A stretch of DNA of 63,575 bases, filler included, from Chiloscyllium plagiosum (taxonomy: Eukaryota), in the NCBI RefSeq assembly GCF_004010195.1. It is 5 parts of one record of this genome, joined end to end, with 100 filler letters (N's around TTAATTAATTAA, not from the genome) between each part and the next. Parts side by side here need not be neighbours in the genome. Positions count along the whole stretch, not along the records: positions 24,219 to 49,836 come from NC_057714.1; positions 49,937 to 60,164 come from NC_057714.1; 3 more parts are not named here. The stretch is one strand, 5' to 3'. The position numbers and the translations under genes are program-made. The notes beneath the pieces were generated by a model. That model searched no databases, was not told where the DNA came from, and saw only the letters and a list, made by a program, of their open reading frames with translations. Positions 38,604 to 50,320 of the stretch are shown here, piece after piece (position 1 is the first letter of the stretch; every line of letters starts with the position of its first letter).

Positions 38604-39447
38604 TTCAATTTTAAAGCGACCAGCCCAGGTGATGTCCCTGGTTGTGCATTCAGATCCTGTGAGGACCAGCTGGCAGGAGTATTCACAGATATCTTTAACC
38701 TCTCCTTGGTACAATCTGAAGTGACCACCTGCTTCAAGAAGACCACCATTATCCCAGTACCAAAGAAAACACATGCAATGTGCCTCAATGACTACCACCC
38801 AGTGGCTCTGACCTCCATAATCATGAAGTGCTTTGAGAGCTGGGGAAAAGACCTTTGCTATTCACCTTATCTTTGCCTCTCATGATTTTATAAGTGGGTG
38901 GAACAGTGGCACAGTGGTTAGCACTGCTGCCTCACAGCACCAGAGACCCAGGTTCAATTCCCGCCTCAGGCGACTGACTGTGTGGAGTTTGCACGTTCTC
39001 CCCGTGTCTGCGTGGGTTTCCTCCGGGTGCTCCGGTTTCCTCCCACAGTCCAAAGATGTGCAGGTCAGGTGAATTGGCCATGCTAAATTGCCCGTAGTGT
39101 TAGGTAAGGGGTAAATGTAGTGGTATGGGTGAGTTGCGCTTCGGCGGGGCGGTGTGGACTTGTTGGGCCGAAGGGCCTATTTCCACACTGTAAGTAATCT
39201 AATCTAATCTATTCAATTTTAAAGCGACCAGCCCAGTTGATGTCCCTGGTTGTGCATTCAGATCCTGTGAGGACCAGCTAGCAGGAGTATTCACAGATAT
39301 CTTTAACCTCTCCTTGGTACAATCTGAAGTGACCACCTGCTTCAAGAAGACCACCATTATCCCAGTACCAAAGAAAACACATGCAACGTGCCTCAATGAC
39401 TACCACCCAGTGGCTCTGACCTCCATAATCATGAAGTGCTTTGAGAG
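38600..39447 (+). repeat. 240-bp direct duplication (38600-38839 / 39208-39447) flanking a CR1 scrap and a SINE
   Basis: Three substitutions seen between the copies. Confidence 0.9.
38894..39210 (+). mobile_element. Young tRNA-derived SINE (HE1-like)
   Basis: Nearly identical to 16806-17113. Confidence 0.93.
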
Positions 39448-40419
39448 ATCAGCCTTGGCTCACATCAGCTTTAGTCAAGAATGTGGTGCTGGAAAAGCAC
39501 AGCAGCTCAGATAGCATCAGAGGAGCAGGAGAATCAACGTTTTGGGCAAGATCCTTTCATTAGGAATCAACTCTAGCCTCCCAGCCTGCCTTGATCTCTT
39601 GCAATTTGCCAACCAGAAAAACAGTCCTCAGCAGACACCATTTCTCTCACCCTATACTTAGCCCTGGAACATCTGGAAAATAAGGATACCTATGTCAGGC
39701 TCCTACTTATCAACTCCAGCTCTGCTTTCAACATTATAAATTCAACCAAACTAATCTTAAAACTCCAAAACCTAGGAGTTTTGCCCTCTGCAACTGGATC
39801 CTAAACTTCCTGACCCACAGACTGCAATCAGTAAAAACAGACCATAGCATCTCCTCCATGATATTCCTCAACACTGGTGCCCCGTAAAGATGCATACTCA
39901 TCCCCCCGACTGTACTCCCTGGGCACTCACGGCGGTGTGGCCAAATTTCATATGAGCCCAACTACAAGTTCTCTGATGACACCGCCATTGTAGACCAGAT
40001 GTTGAATCAGAACACAGGAAGGAAATAGAATACTTGTTGTCATGATGCAAAGATACCAATCTCTCCCTCAATGTCAGCAAAACTAAAGAAATGATCACCG
40101 GCTTTCGGAAGAAAGGCGGACGACACGCCCCTAGCTACATCAGGTGGAGAGGGTCGAGAGCATCACGTTCCTAGGACTGATGATAACAGACAATCTGCCT
40201 CAGACCTCCTATGTAGATGTAACGGTCAGGAAGGCACAACAACACCTCTTCCTTCTTGGGTGGCTTAGGAAATTCGATAAGTTGATAAGAACCCTCACTG
40301 ACTTTTACAGATGTGTCATAGAAAACATACTATCCAGATAACAGCCTGGGATGGACCTAAGAAACTGCAGGAAGTTGGGTGCACAGCACACACCATCATA
40401 TAAGCTAACCTCCCATCTA

Positions 40420-40645
40420 TGAGGGTGGTACGGGTATGGAATGAGCTGCCAGAGGAAATGGTGGAGGCTGGTACAATTGCAACATTTAAGAGGCATTTGA
40501 ATGGGTATATGAATAGGAAGCATTTGGAGGGATATAAGCCGGGTGCTGGCAGGTGGGACTAGATTGGGTTGGGATATATGGTTGGCATGGACGGGTTGGA
40601 CCGAAGGGTCTGTTTCCATGCTGTACATCTCTATGACTCTGTGAC
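40420..40645 (+). mobile_element. 5'-truncated CR1 3' end inserted in Rex1
   Basis: GAGGGTGGTACGGGTATGGAATGAG...CTATGACTCTGTGACT. Confidence 0.9.
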
Positions 40646-42639
40646 TCCATCTCCACTTCTTATTGCCACGGAAAGGCAGCTAGCATCATCAAAGGCTCTT
40701 CCCATCCTGGTTATAATCTCTTCCAACCTCTTCTGTTAGACAGAAAATGCAGAAGCTTAAACACACATATCAACAGGTTCAAGAAACAGCTTCTTCCCTG
40801 CTGTTATTTGACTGCTGAATGGACCTCTCTAATTTCAAATCTAATGCTGATCTTGCTTTTGTGTTCCTCCTGTGCAGCTGTAACCTTGTATGCCTCGCTC
40901 TATCTAAACACCCTATGATCTGTATATCCTTGTATGCTATGAGCTGCCTGTAATGCATGCAAAAAAATTCACAATATTTAGGTACATGTGACAACAATAA
41001 ATCAAAGCAAATCATACATTGTCCTCAGCACAAATCTGCAGATAGCAAGAACGGTGTACCAGCCACCCATGCAGACATTCACTGATGTGACCAACATTAC
41101 CATTTCATTTGCAGATCTACCCATTCTACCATTCTGCAGCCATTTCAAACCAACACTCTGACATTCACCCTTTTGCTGCCTGAATATCCTAGTGGATGCC
41201 TATTTCAGTGTTTCATTCCATGCTGGACTAGCCAGAAAGAAACTTCCTGGGAAAAACAATTAAATAAAATGCAATCAATTCGTATTTTCTTACAAAGGGC
41301 TCAGAGAATGTGTACTCGGTGTATTTATATCCTAGTGTCTCTATTCAGTGGCAGTATACTGTGTTTAATTTCTACAATTGACGCTGCTATTCTGTCTAGG
41401 TCATACCATTCATACAGTACCTGCTGCTGAGCACACCTCCATCGTGTCCAATGTATAGGAGAAAATCCTCAGATAGCAAGTCCTATGAAGTGTCTCCTGT
41501 CATCCAATACATCATTTTATATCCAAGCTCTAAAAGAGAATCTTCAGTTAATTAGAGTTCAAGGCTTTGTTCTTCCTATGTACATGAGATCTTTGGCGTT
41601 AGGAACTTTGCTATAAATGCCATTTGAGTTGCGAGACATATCAATATGCATGACAGTGGCAATAGGTCACCTTGTATTGCTGCATAACTATAAAGGACGA
41701 ACATAGTTAATGACACACCTTGTAGGTTGGTTTAGGCAAAGTCATACGATTTGCTAAGATGTTGATATTCAGATGGCAATTGTCTTTCATCAGCAGGTAC
41801 CATGAAGTCAGTATCTCAAGGCCTGCAACTGACTCGCCAGGCAAGAGAATCTTGTTCATCCACTTCCAGATTCAACCTTTTGATATATCCTCATGTTGAC
41901 TACTTTAACTGGGCATTTGCCTCAGCTCATCTACTGAACTCCTTTGATATGAATTATGAAAAGAACTTGCTGACCGTTGTTAGGTGGAGCCATTTCTATT
42001 GAAATTCCTGTGCTTTGTCTGACCTGCATGGAACACCGACAAAAAACACAAGAGGATTGGTGATAAAATTGGCTGTGTCTGTCTTTTGATGTTTTGCTTC
42101 CTTGAGGAATGAATTGGCAGAGATGGAACATGGGAATGAAGTTGTAAAATCTCATCTGAGAATAGGTTTTTGGCTTGGTCCTGCTCCAATGCTTTGGTCT
42201 TCTTAACCCATGGATTTTCCAACATCCTCTTTCTTAAAGTCAGTGGGAAACTCCTCCACTTTTTGTCTACTGCAGTCCATTATACCTATTCTTTTAAAGA
42301 ATTATTAAGCTGTCAGGAATGGTCAGAAGCACATCCAAAGAGTAACCAGACAGCGGTCAATGGTCCAGAATTTCTTCAAAATAGCTCCTGCTCCACGCCC
42401 ATGGCTTTTCTTATAGATGTAGAAAAAAATTATTGCTGCATTGCTAGTGAAAGTTACAGCAGCAGCGTGGGAGTAGATTTGAGGGAATGTTGGACGACTG
42501 TGGGTGTGAGAATATGAAACTGTGTGGTGCAGCTAGATTTTGTCAGAGTGGTGTTTTGTGTCAAATCATTTCAAGATTCCAGTGAGTATCTGTGCATCGC
42601 TGTAATAAGGATATTGCACAGTATTCATTCAAAAGGCAG

Positions 42640-43815
42640 CACATACAGCTGGACACACCGCAGTTAAATGTGGAAGTTACTGAGTGGGAGTTAGTTTCTA
42701 CATGCTGTCAATTTACTCAGCTTAAAACCATCCCTGCTTAACTCATTCCTAAACCCATGTATTCCTGCAAATAAAAATTTAGCCTGTTGTCATCGAATCT
42801 GAAGAAACAGCCAAAATAATTTATTGAACCTTTATTGGTCAGTGCATTGAGTATAGGAGTTGGGAGGTCATACTGCAGCTGTACAGGACATTGGTTAGGC
42901 ACTTTTGGAATACTGTGTGCAAGCTGAAAACCTTGGAGCAGCAGTAACAAGGTGTAAGAAATCAATATATGACCAACTAAATGTCATAGTTTATTGGTAC
43001 ATTCAGTTAAATTCATGGAGTCATAGAGATGTACAGCAGGGAAGTAGACCCATTGGTCTAACTCTGCTATGCTGACCAGATATCCTGTATAAATCTAGTC
43101 CCATTTACCAGCATTTGGCCCATATCCCTCTAAACCCTTCCAATTCATATACTCATCCAGATGCCTTTTAAATGTTGTAATTGCACCAGCCTCCAACACT
43201 TCCTCTGGCAGCTCATGCCATACACGCATCACGCTCTGTTACCCCTGAGGTCCCTTTTAAATCTTTCCCCTCTCACCTTAAACCTATGGTCTCTAGTTCT
43301 GGACTCCCGCACTCCAGAGAAAAGGCATTGTCTATTTAGCCTACCCATGCCCCTCATTATGTTATAAACCTCTATAAGGCCACCCCTCAACCTCCAACGC
43401 TCCCGGGAAAACAGCCTCCGCCGATTCAGCCTCTCCTTCTAGCTCAAACTCTCAGCCCTTGCAACATCCTTGTAAATCTTTTCTGAACCCTTGAAGGTTC
43501 ACAACATCTTCCAATAGCAGGGAAATTAAAATTGCACACAGTATTCCAAAAGTGGCCTAACCAATGTCCTGTACAGCTGCAGTATGACCTCCCAACTCCT
43601 ATACTCAATGCACTGACCAATAAAGGTTCAATAAATTATTTTGGCTATTTCTTCAGATTCGATGACAACAGGCTAAATTTTTATTTGCAGGAATACATGG
43701 GTTTAGGAATGAGTTAAGCAGGGATGGTTTTAAGCTGAGTAAATTGACAGCATGTAGAAACTAACTCCCACTCATTAACTTCCACATTTAACTGCGGTGT
43801 GTCCAGCTGTATGTG
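42640..43815. repeat. ~283-bp near-perfect inverted repeat (42640-42922 / 43532-43815)
   Basis: Arms differ by 2 substitutions and 1 indel; mirror ORFs 42738-42965(-) and 43532-43717(+). Confidence 0.95.
43017..43626 (-). mobile_element. 5'-truncated CR1 3' end
   Basis: Tail GAGTCATAGAGATGTACAGC and ORF2 C-terminal sequence in reverse. Confidence 0.9.
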
Positions 43816-43894
43816 AACAACTCTCCCCCTCACAAGAGATGTGTTGTTAATATGTAAATAGTGAAGCTCACACAGCTTTTTTTTATAATGCTCA

Positions 43895-44205
43895 CAGAAT
43901 CTGAGTGTCACTGGCTAGGTCAACATTAAATCTCCATCTCAATTACCCAGAGGGCAATTAAAATCAGCCAGATTGCTGGAGGCCAGACAAGGTAATGATG
44001 CCAATTTTCCTTCCCTTAAGAGCACTTGTGAACCAGATGGGCTTTTACAACAATGGACAATATGATTAGGTCATCATTAGGCTGGCTTTTTATTCCAGAT
44101 TTTCATTGAATTCAAATTTCACCATCTGTTATGCGGGGATTTGAACACAACGCCTGAGAATGTTGGCCTTTTATTCTGAATTATTTGTCCACTGAAATTA
44201 CCACT
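43895..44205 (-). mobile_element. Second tRNA-derived SINE family (old)
   Basis: Reverse complement of the 55665-56010 family (TTCAAATTTCACCATCTG..GGGATTTGAAC). Confidence 0.55.
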
Positions 44206-46299
44206 ATTCAGCAATTACACTGCCTTTGCTCTTGCTTTTGCAATGTACCTGTGCCAATATTTTGCAAATGTCTGCCATCACTGAAACAAAACCCTGAGCC
44301 CCCTGAGACATTGCTATTCTGACATCTCCAAGAAGCTTATGATCTGCCTGTACACTAGGGTGCTGGATACAGCCTCCGATGAGCTGCAGCTCACTGCTCA
44401 TTTTCTCTCTCTTGTACAATACATTGACAGCATCTGAACAAGATGCCAGTGCAGCTCCTCCTGCTCTGCTGCCAAGTGGATCTAGTGGACAGTAGTCATC
44501 AAAGTTACTACCACCCTTAAGTGTTTTTGCTTCTGGACCCTTCAAGGGGTCTGCAGCTGACGTTAGGATCCCCTCAGAGTCTGATAACCTTTGGAGAGTT
44601 ATTCAAATTTCTAGTGCAAGGATTGCAGAACAGAATTTAACATTTTATGACTTTTATTATAATAAACTACAAACAACCTTTTTAAAATACTATATAGTAG
44701 GAAATTAAACTCTAAACTATTGAGAAGATTTAACTTTTACACAGACAGAAAAATTCCTCTCTACTGTGAGATTTTACTCTGTCTCTTTAGTGGATACTCC
44801 ATTTCTTAGGAACCAGTTCAAAGCTCTTCTTAGCTTTTGATGGCCATTTTTCTATTTTCCTTTTTCAACCAGGAAGCCTATAATCCTTGAACTGACTTCT
44901 ACAGTGACTCATACAGGCATAGATTTGTACGGCAAGGAAACAGACCCTTCATTCTATCTCACCTGCGCTGACCAGATATTCCGAACTGATCTAATTCCAT
45001 TTGCCAGCATTTGGGCCATATCCCACGAAACCCTTCTTATTCATGCACTAGGTCAGTAATAATTCAGAACCTCAGGTTGATGTTCGGCCAACATGGGTTG
45101 GAATTCCACTACTGAGATCCCACACTGAAGTTGGGTAAATTTTCCAACCTGGATTAAATCTTCATGAATTTGGACTCTTTAATTTGAACTTTATCTATTT
45201 AATCCCACTTGAATTCTGCAAGATGAACAATACACTGGCTGCAGCTATCTCTCTGCTTTCCCTCTCTTTCACTCTCATAGTCTTGCACACTGAGGTTCAT
45301 CTATATGTTAAGAAAATATTGTAAACTGATTTGACAATGGCTTTTTATGACCTGTCCCCATTTTAAAGCCCATCTCCATGGAAACGTGAATCTCATAGAC
45401 CTTGAATCCACATAGAATGCTGATTAACAGGCTTTGAAACTATTCCATTCTATAATCTACAGTTTAATTTAAAGTAATTTATAAACTCTGACATTTCTAA
45501 ACTATCCAGTGATTGAGATTAACAGTCTACTCACTGTAAGGACAGCAACCCTGGTCATTGTTTGTAAATGTGGATATCTTGCAAGCTTCTGTGCAGAAAG
45601 AAAATCTGGGGCCCTTTTAATATCAAAATCATCAAACTTCTAATTGTGCAGAAATCTAAAAAAAAGTCACATGGCCCTTTTATTCTTCCATGTTACCCTA
45701 TTTTTAAGTAACAGTCCAAAATGTAACAGTTCAACAAATTTCACATTTCAGAGAGATTGGCAAGATATTGAAGTTAATGGCGCACAAATACATGTTTGGT
45801 GCGTGCTCCTCACTCCCATCAGGCTTCACCACGTCGCCCTGATAGTGCTCAGTCCCCACTTTCGACAATAGTCACTCCCATCATCCCCAACATTGCTCAC
45901 CCTGCCCCAGACCTTCAACTCTACATTCCTTGACAATGTTGACTCCCAGTTGGCTTTGGTATTGTCATCTACCAGCATTTACCGATCTTCATCAGTACTT
46001 TTACTAGTCTTTATCTGCTGCTCCCAGAGGACAATAATTCATACCAGCGATAAGTTGGGCCTGAAATATTGAGCAAACATATTGGATGACACACTGGTGG
46101 CTGGTAATTTGTAAATACTGAACTTACGTGGATTTCTGGGTTTAACATTTAACCCTCTTATCACTGTGCCTCAAATGATTGTCGAAGCACAAATATGTTC
46201 ACAACAATTTTGTTTTAAAAGTCTGCGTTAGATTGTGAACTTACTAGAATTCCATGGTTCAACATCAAACCTCTGTATCTTTGCCCCTCAATGTTGTCT

Positions 46300-46760
46300 T
46301 AGTGCAAAGCTGGCAAATAAAAGAACCTCAAGGTCTTTCCAATTAGTGCACACTGCCTGGCAGTGGCTGACTGTTTTTGACTAGCCAATTCTGACAGGTT
46401 GTGAACATATCTGATTGTTTTGCCCACGTGCTGCTCAGTGCAATGTTTCAGACTTGACATATGCACAAGGAGCAGGAGTGGGTCTTTCAGCCCCTGGGAA
46501 ACTGCTCTGCAATGCATTAACACCTGCAGAGTCGTACCACCATATTCCTGCTGCTGTTTGGCATGTGGCTCGACAACAGGAGCCGAGACAGGCAGCTGGC
46601 AGAAACGAAGAGTGAGTGTCGCAGGATGACCGCCAGGCCCTTGGCTGTAAATCTCATTCATTTTTACCAACAAAGACCTGTCTGCCACAGGCCTGTGATT
46701 GATGTATGTATATTTGTTGTCCCACTTACTTAGTTTTCTGTGCATTGAGAACATCAGGTG
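46300..46760 (+). other. Unique GC-richer island: candidate exon (46452-46611) or conserved non-coding element
   Basis: TTTCAG| ... GAAGA|GTGAGT, open in two frames; TGACAG 46392, TGATTGAT 46696; protein not recognised. Confidence 0.2.
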
Positions 46761-47477
46761 ATAGTTATATGGAAGTCTTTAAAAATACATGTTTCTCTTA
46801 AAAGTTGAAAACTTTTACATTATTGAGCATTACACTACTGAACTTTTCCTCTTGAACAATACAGACAGTGCAACTAAAATACATGCACTGACAATATTGC
46901 AGTGTATAACATGAGGACACTACTTTACAAGTTGAGCATTACAGACAATGCAATGAAAGTGCACTGAAATAGCTCTACCAAGTCAGGACAGTTGGTGATA
47001 TGATTAGATTGCATTGCAATTAGGTATTAGTTGAGGGTTGCATGATTTGGGAAACATGCCACATAGCATCTGTCTGCAATCTCCATTTTCACAATGTCTC
47101 CTCAGGAGGTACTGCTAGCCATTGCAGTGAAATGTCAGTGCAAAACCTTAGTAGCAGACAGCGATCCGTCACATCATTTTGGAAATGCAACGGTTTTACA
47201 ACAATTACACTTTGTTCTTGAAATGTCAAGATCTTTTGCAGCTCAACAATTTTATAATTTCCGAGCAGAATCACACTATTATTGTATGTCAAGGTGCCAG
47301 GTTTTTATTTTGTTGTTCAGAAAAAGCCTTGCATATCCTGCCATATCGTTATTTCATGACAGCCAAAGTTGAAATCTCAGCAAATGACCCTTACTAAGTC
47401 CCTCCATTGCCCAAGATTTTTGATGATCTCCTACCCCTGGCCTTAGGTACAACATATCACTGCAAAACTGTTGTACC

Positions 47478-47781
47478 AGAATCCCTACATTGTGGGAGCA
47501 GGCCTTTTGACACATTGAGTTGGCACCAACTCTCCGAAGAGCATCTCACTCAGACCCATCCCTCCTATCCTATAACCCTGCATTAACTATTGCACATTAT
47601 GGGCAATTATGCATGGCCAATCCAACTAACCTGCACATCTTTGGACTGTGGGAGGAAACTCACAGAGACACAGGGAGAATATGCAAACTTCACACAGCCA
47701 GTTGTCTGAGGGTGGAGCTGAACCCATGTCCCTGGCACAATGAGGCCAGCAGTGCTAACTGCTGAGCCACCTTCCTGCCCA
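47478..47781 (-). mobile_element. tRNA-derived SINE (HE1-like, older)
   Basis: Family consensus motifs in reverse. Confidence 0.85.
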
Positions 47782-48699
47782 CAAATGGACACTAGAGTTA
47801 ATTATCCAGCAGCAGGGGCAGGTTTTACATGAAACGAAACTTGAGTTACCTAAATAATGGCCTCTCTAACCCTCGTAATCTGTCATAAGTTGTACCCTTC
47901 GAAGAGAAGGCATGAATGGGTCTACAGGAGCACTTCTCTTGCGGTGATGCAAAGGTGAGTGGATGTTGAATGTTATATCTGTCTCACCATGCAGTGTGTT
48001 CAACCTACTGACAACTGAGCACATTAATAGATTGCACTGACCGACCCCATCAGACATGATTGATTTCTGTAGCAAAAACAAAGAAATCTGCAGCAGCAGA
48101 GTTTAGCGTTGTAAACAAACCCCTGTTAGGAGCACACTTAAATATGGTCAACTGAAGCCTCTCAGTAGAGTCTCTGAAAATGGGCAAGGGGTTCTGGTAA
48201 CCAAACTCAGGGGCTTGATAGATTTCACACGGCTGTCAGCTACAGTAAGAGGAGTCCAAGAATAAAACAATAATCACTGTCTGCTCAAAAGATCCAAGTT
48301 TCAATGTACTGTCAAACCACAACCAGTAGAAAAAATCGGAGGGATTTCGCAACACACTCAGAAATGCGGCAAGTTGATCAAAGCTGAAGACCCTTCACAC
48401 CTCTCACTATTCCCTCCCTGCATCTGTGCCTTTTTTATGTTCCTCTTCATCTCCTTGCCTATTCTATTCATGATATCTCAAATCTCTATTGTGTACTTGA
48501 CAAGCTGGTCTGCTGGACTTCAGAATGGGAGCACAAGGTAAGGTAGATGTGGACTTCACATCACAATAACTATTGAGTCACGCTGAGTTCTGATTTGAAG
48601 CTGGTGCCTGAGAATTCACACAGTGGCACAATTTCTCCCTGACCATTTCCTCATCCATCTTTCATAAAACTGCATCAGACAGCCTTCTGCCCTCCTCAA

Positions 48700-49418
48700 C
48701 AAACTGAAGAGGTTCCCAGGACATTGCCGGGGTTGAAGGGTTTCTCTGTTGACAGAGGCTAAATAGGCAGGGGCTATTTTCCCTGGAGTGTCGGAGGCTG
48801 AGGGATGACCACATAGAGGTGAATAGACAAGGTCTCTTCCCTGGGGTGGGGGAGTCCAGAACTAGAGGGCACAGAGTCATAGAGATATACAACACAGAAA
48901 CAGACCCTTTGGTCCAACATATCCATGCTGACCAGATATCTTAAATTATTCTATACCATTTGCCTCTATTTTGCCCATATCCTTCCAAACCCTTCCTATT
49001 CATATACCCATCCAGGTGGCTTTTAAATGTTTTAATTGTACCAGCCTCCACCAATTCCTCTGGCAGCCCATTCCATACATGCACCACCTTCTGCGTGAAA
49101 AAAAATGCCCCTTATATCTCTTTTATATCTTTCCTCTCTCACCCTAAACCTATGCCCTCCAGTTCTGGACTCTCCCACCGCAGGGAAAAGACCTTGTCTA
49201 TTTACCCTATCCATGCTCCTCATAATTTTATAAGCCTCTATAAGGTCATCCCTCAGCCTCTGACACTCTACGGAAAACAGCCCCAGCCTATTCAACCTCT
49301 CCCTGTAGTTCAAACACTCCAACCCTGGCATCATCCTGGTAAATCTTTTCTGAACCTTTGTAAGTTTAACAACATCCTTCTTATAGCAGGGAGACCAGAA
49401 TTGCACGTAGTATTCCAA
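48700..49418. mobile_element. Two CR1 3' fragments in opposite orientation (+ 48700-48873, - 48874-49418)
   Basis: Minus ORF EYYVQFWSP..RLRDDLIEAYK; plus fragment ends CTAGAGGGCAC. Confidence 0.88.
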
Positions 49419-49504
49419 TACTCACCCATTGTACTCTATGCTACTTTCTCCCCACCCCCACCCTCCTCTAGCTTATCTCTCCATGCTTCAGGCTCTCTGC
49501 CTTT

Positions 49505-49540
49505 ATTCCTGATGATGGGCTTTTGCCCGAAACGTCGATT
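49505..49540 (+). ncRNA. Minimal type I hammerhead ribozyme motif, intact core
   Basis: AUUC-CUGAUGA-U-GGGC-UUUU-GCCC-GAAA-C-GUC^GAUU. Confidence 0.75.
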
Positions 49541-49719
49541 TCGAAGCTCCTTGGATGCTGCCTGAACTGCTGTGCTCTTCCAGCACCACTAATCCAGGAT
49601 AGTAAGTTAACAAGAGAAAGTAGAAAGTCTGCCAAGGGATATTGACAGATTAGGTAATGGTTCTGGATCAGTGGTGCTGGAAGAGCACAGCAATTCAGGC
49701 AGCATCCGACGAGCAGCAA

Positions 49720-49755
49720 AATCGACGTTTCGGGCAAAAGCCCTTCATCAGGAAT
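49720..49755 (-). ncRNA. Minimal type I hammerhead ribozyme motif, intact core
   Basis: AUUC-CUGAUGA-A-GGGC-UUUU-GCCC-GAAA-C-GUC^GAUU. Confidence 0.78.
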
Positions 49756-49836
49756 AAAGGCAGAGAGCCTGAAGTGTGGAGAGATAAGCTAGACGAGGGT
49801 GAGGGTGGAGCTAGGCAGGTCGGACAAGTCCGGACA

Positions 49837-49936
49837 NNNNNNNNNNNNNNNNNNNNNNNNNNNNNNNNNNNNNNNNNNNNTTAATTAATTAANNNNNNNN
49901 NNNNNNNNNNNNNNNNNNNNNNNNNNNNNNNNNNNN
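49837..49936. other. 100-bp scaffold gap with TTAATTAATTAA linker (49881-49892)
   Basis: 44 N + 12-mer + 44 N. Confidence 0.95.
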
Positions 49937-50139
49937 TCAGCAGAATGCAGGTGAGTGGCGCTGGTGGGGTCGGAAGTGGTGGCAGACACGGCAGTAGGGG
50001 TGGCGGAAGTCACTGAGCGTGTGGCATCGGCAATGATGTGAGGGCCGGATGTGGCTGTAGGAGTGGCCATGATGGGGGCAGAAGTGACATCATCAATCAG
50101 CGTGGGGGTGGTAGCTGCATCAGCCGCATCACCACTCTC

Positions 50140-50320
50140 TGTAACCATCTCCAATCTTGAATGGTACAGTTCCCATACCAGGCAGTGATACATCCTGAAT
50201 ACTCTAGATGGCGCACCTATAAATGTTGGCAAGGGTATTTGCCGTCATGCCAAATCTCCTCAACTGCCTGAGGAAGAAGAGACATTGTTGGGCCTTTGTA
50301 ACCAATGAGTCCACATGAAG
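50140..50320 (-). mobile_element. Rex1-type LINE ORF2 C-terminal fragment
   Basis: HVDSLVTKAQQCLFFLRQLRRFGMTANTLANIYRCAI. Confidence 0.8.

Larger units (their letters stand above)
38040..40995 (+). mobile_element. Rex1/Babar-type LINE with nested SINEs, PLE fragment and CR1 tail
   Basis: [63 protein letters not shown]; 3' end GTGACAACAATAAATCAAAGCAAATC. Confidence 0.85.
49419..49836. mobile_element. Convergent pair of PLE terminal repeats (+ 49419-49597, - 49663-49836)
   Basis: ~145-bp inverted homology with a ~65-bp spacer. Confidence 0.88.

Noticed and set aside
48505..48543. 33-nt mini-exon (AAG|CTGGTC...CACAAG|GTAAGG)
   Set aside because: Weak acceptor, unrecognised peptide, and probably inside degraded transposon sequence.
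49937..50135. Ala/Thr-rich mucin-like reading frame
   Set aside because: Low-complexity segment next to a gap and PLE repeats; most likely TE-internal.
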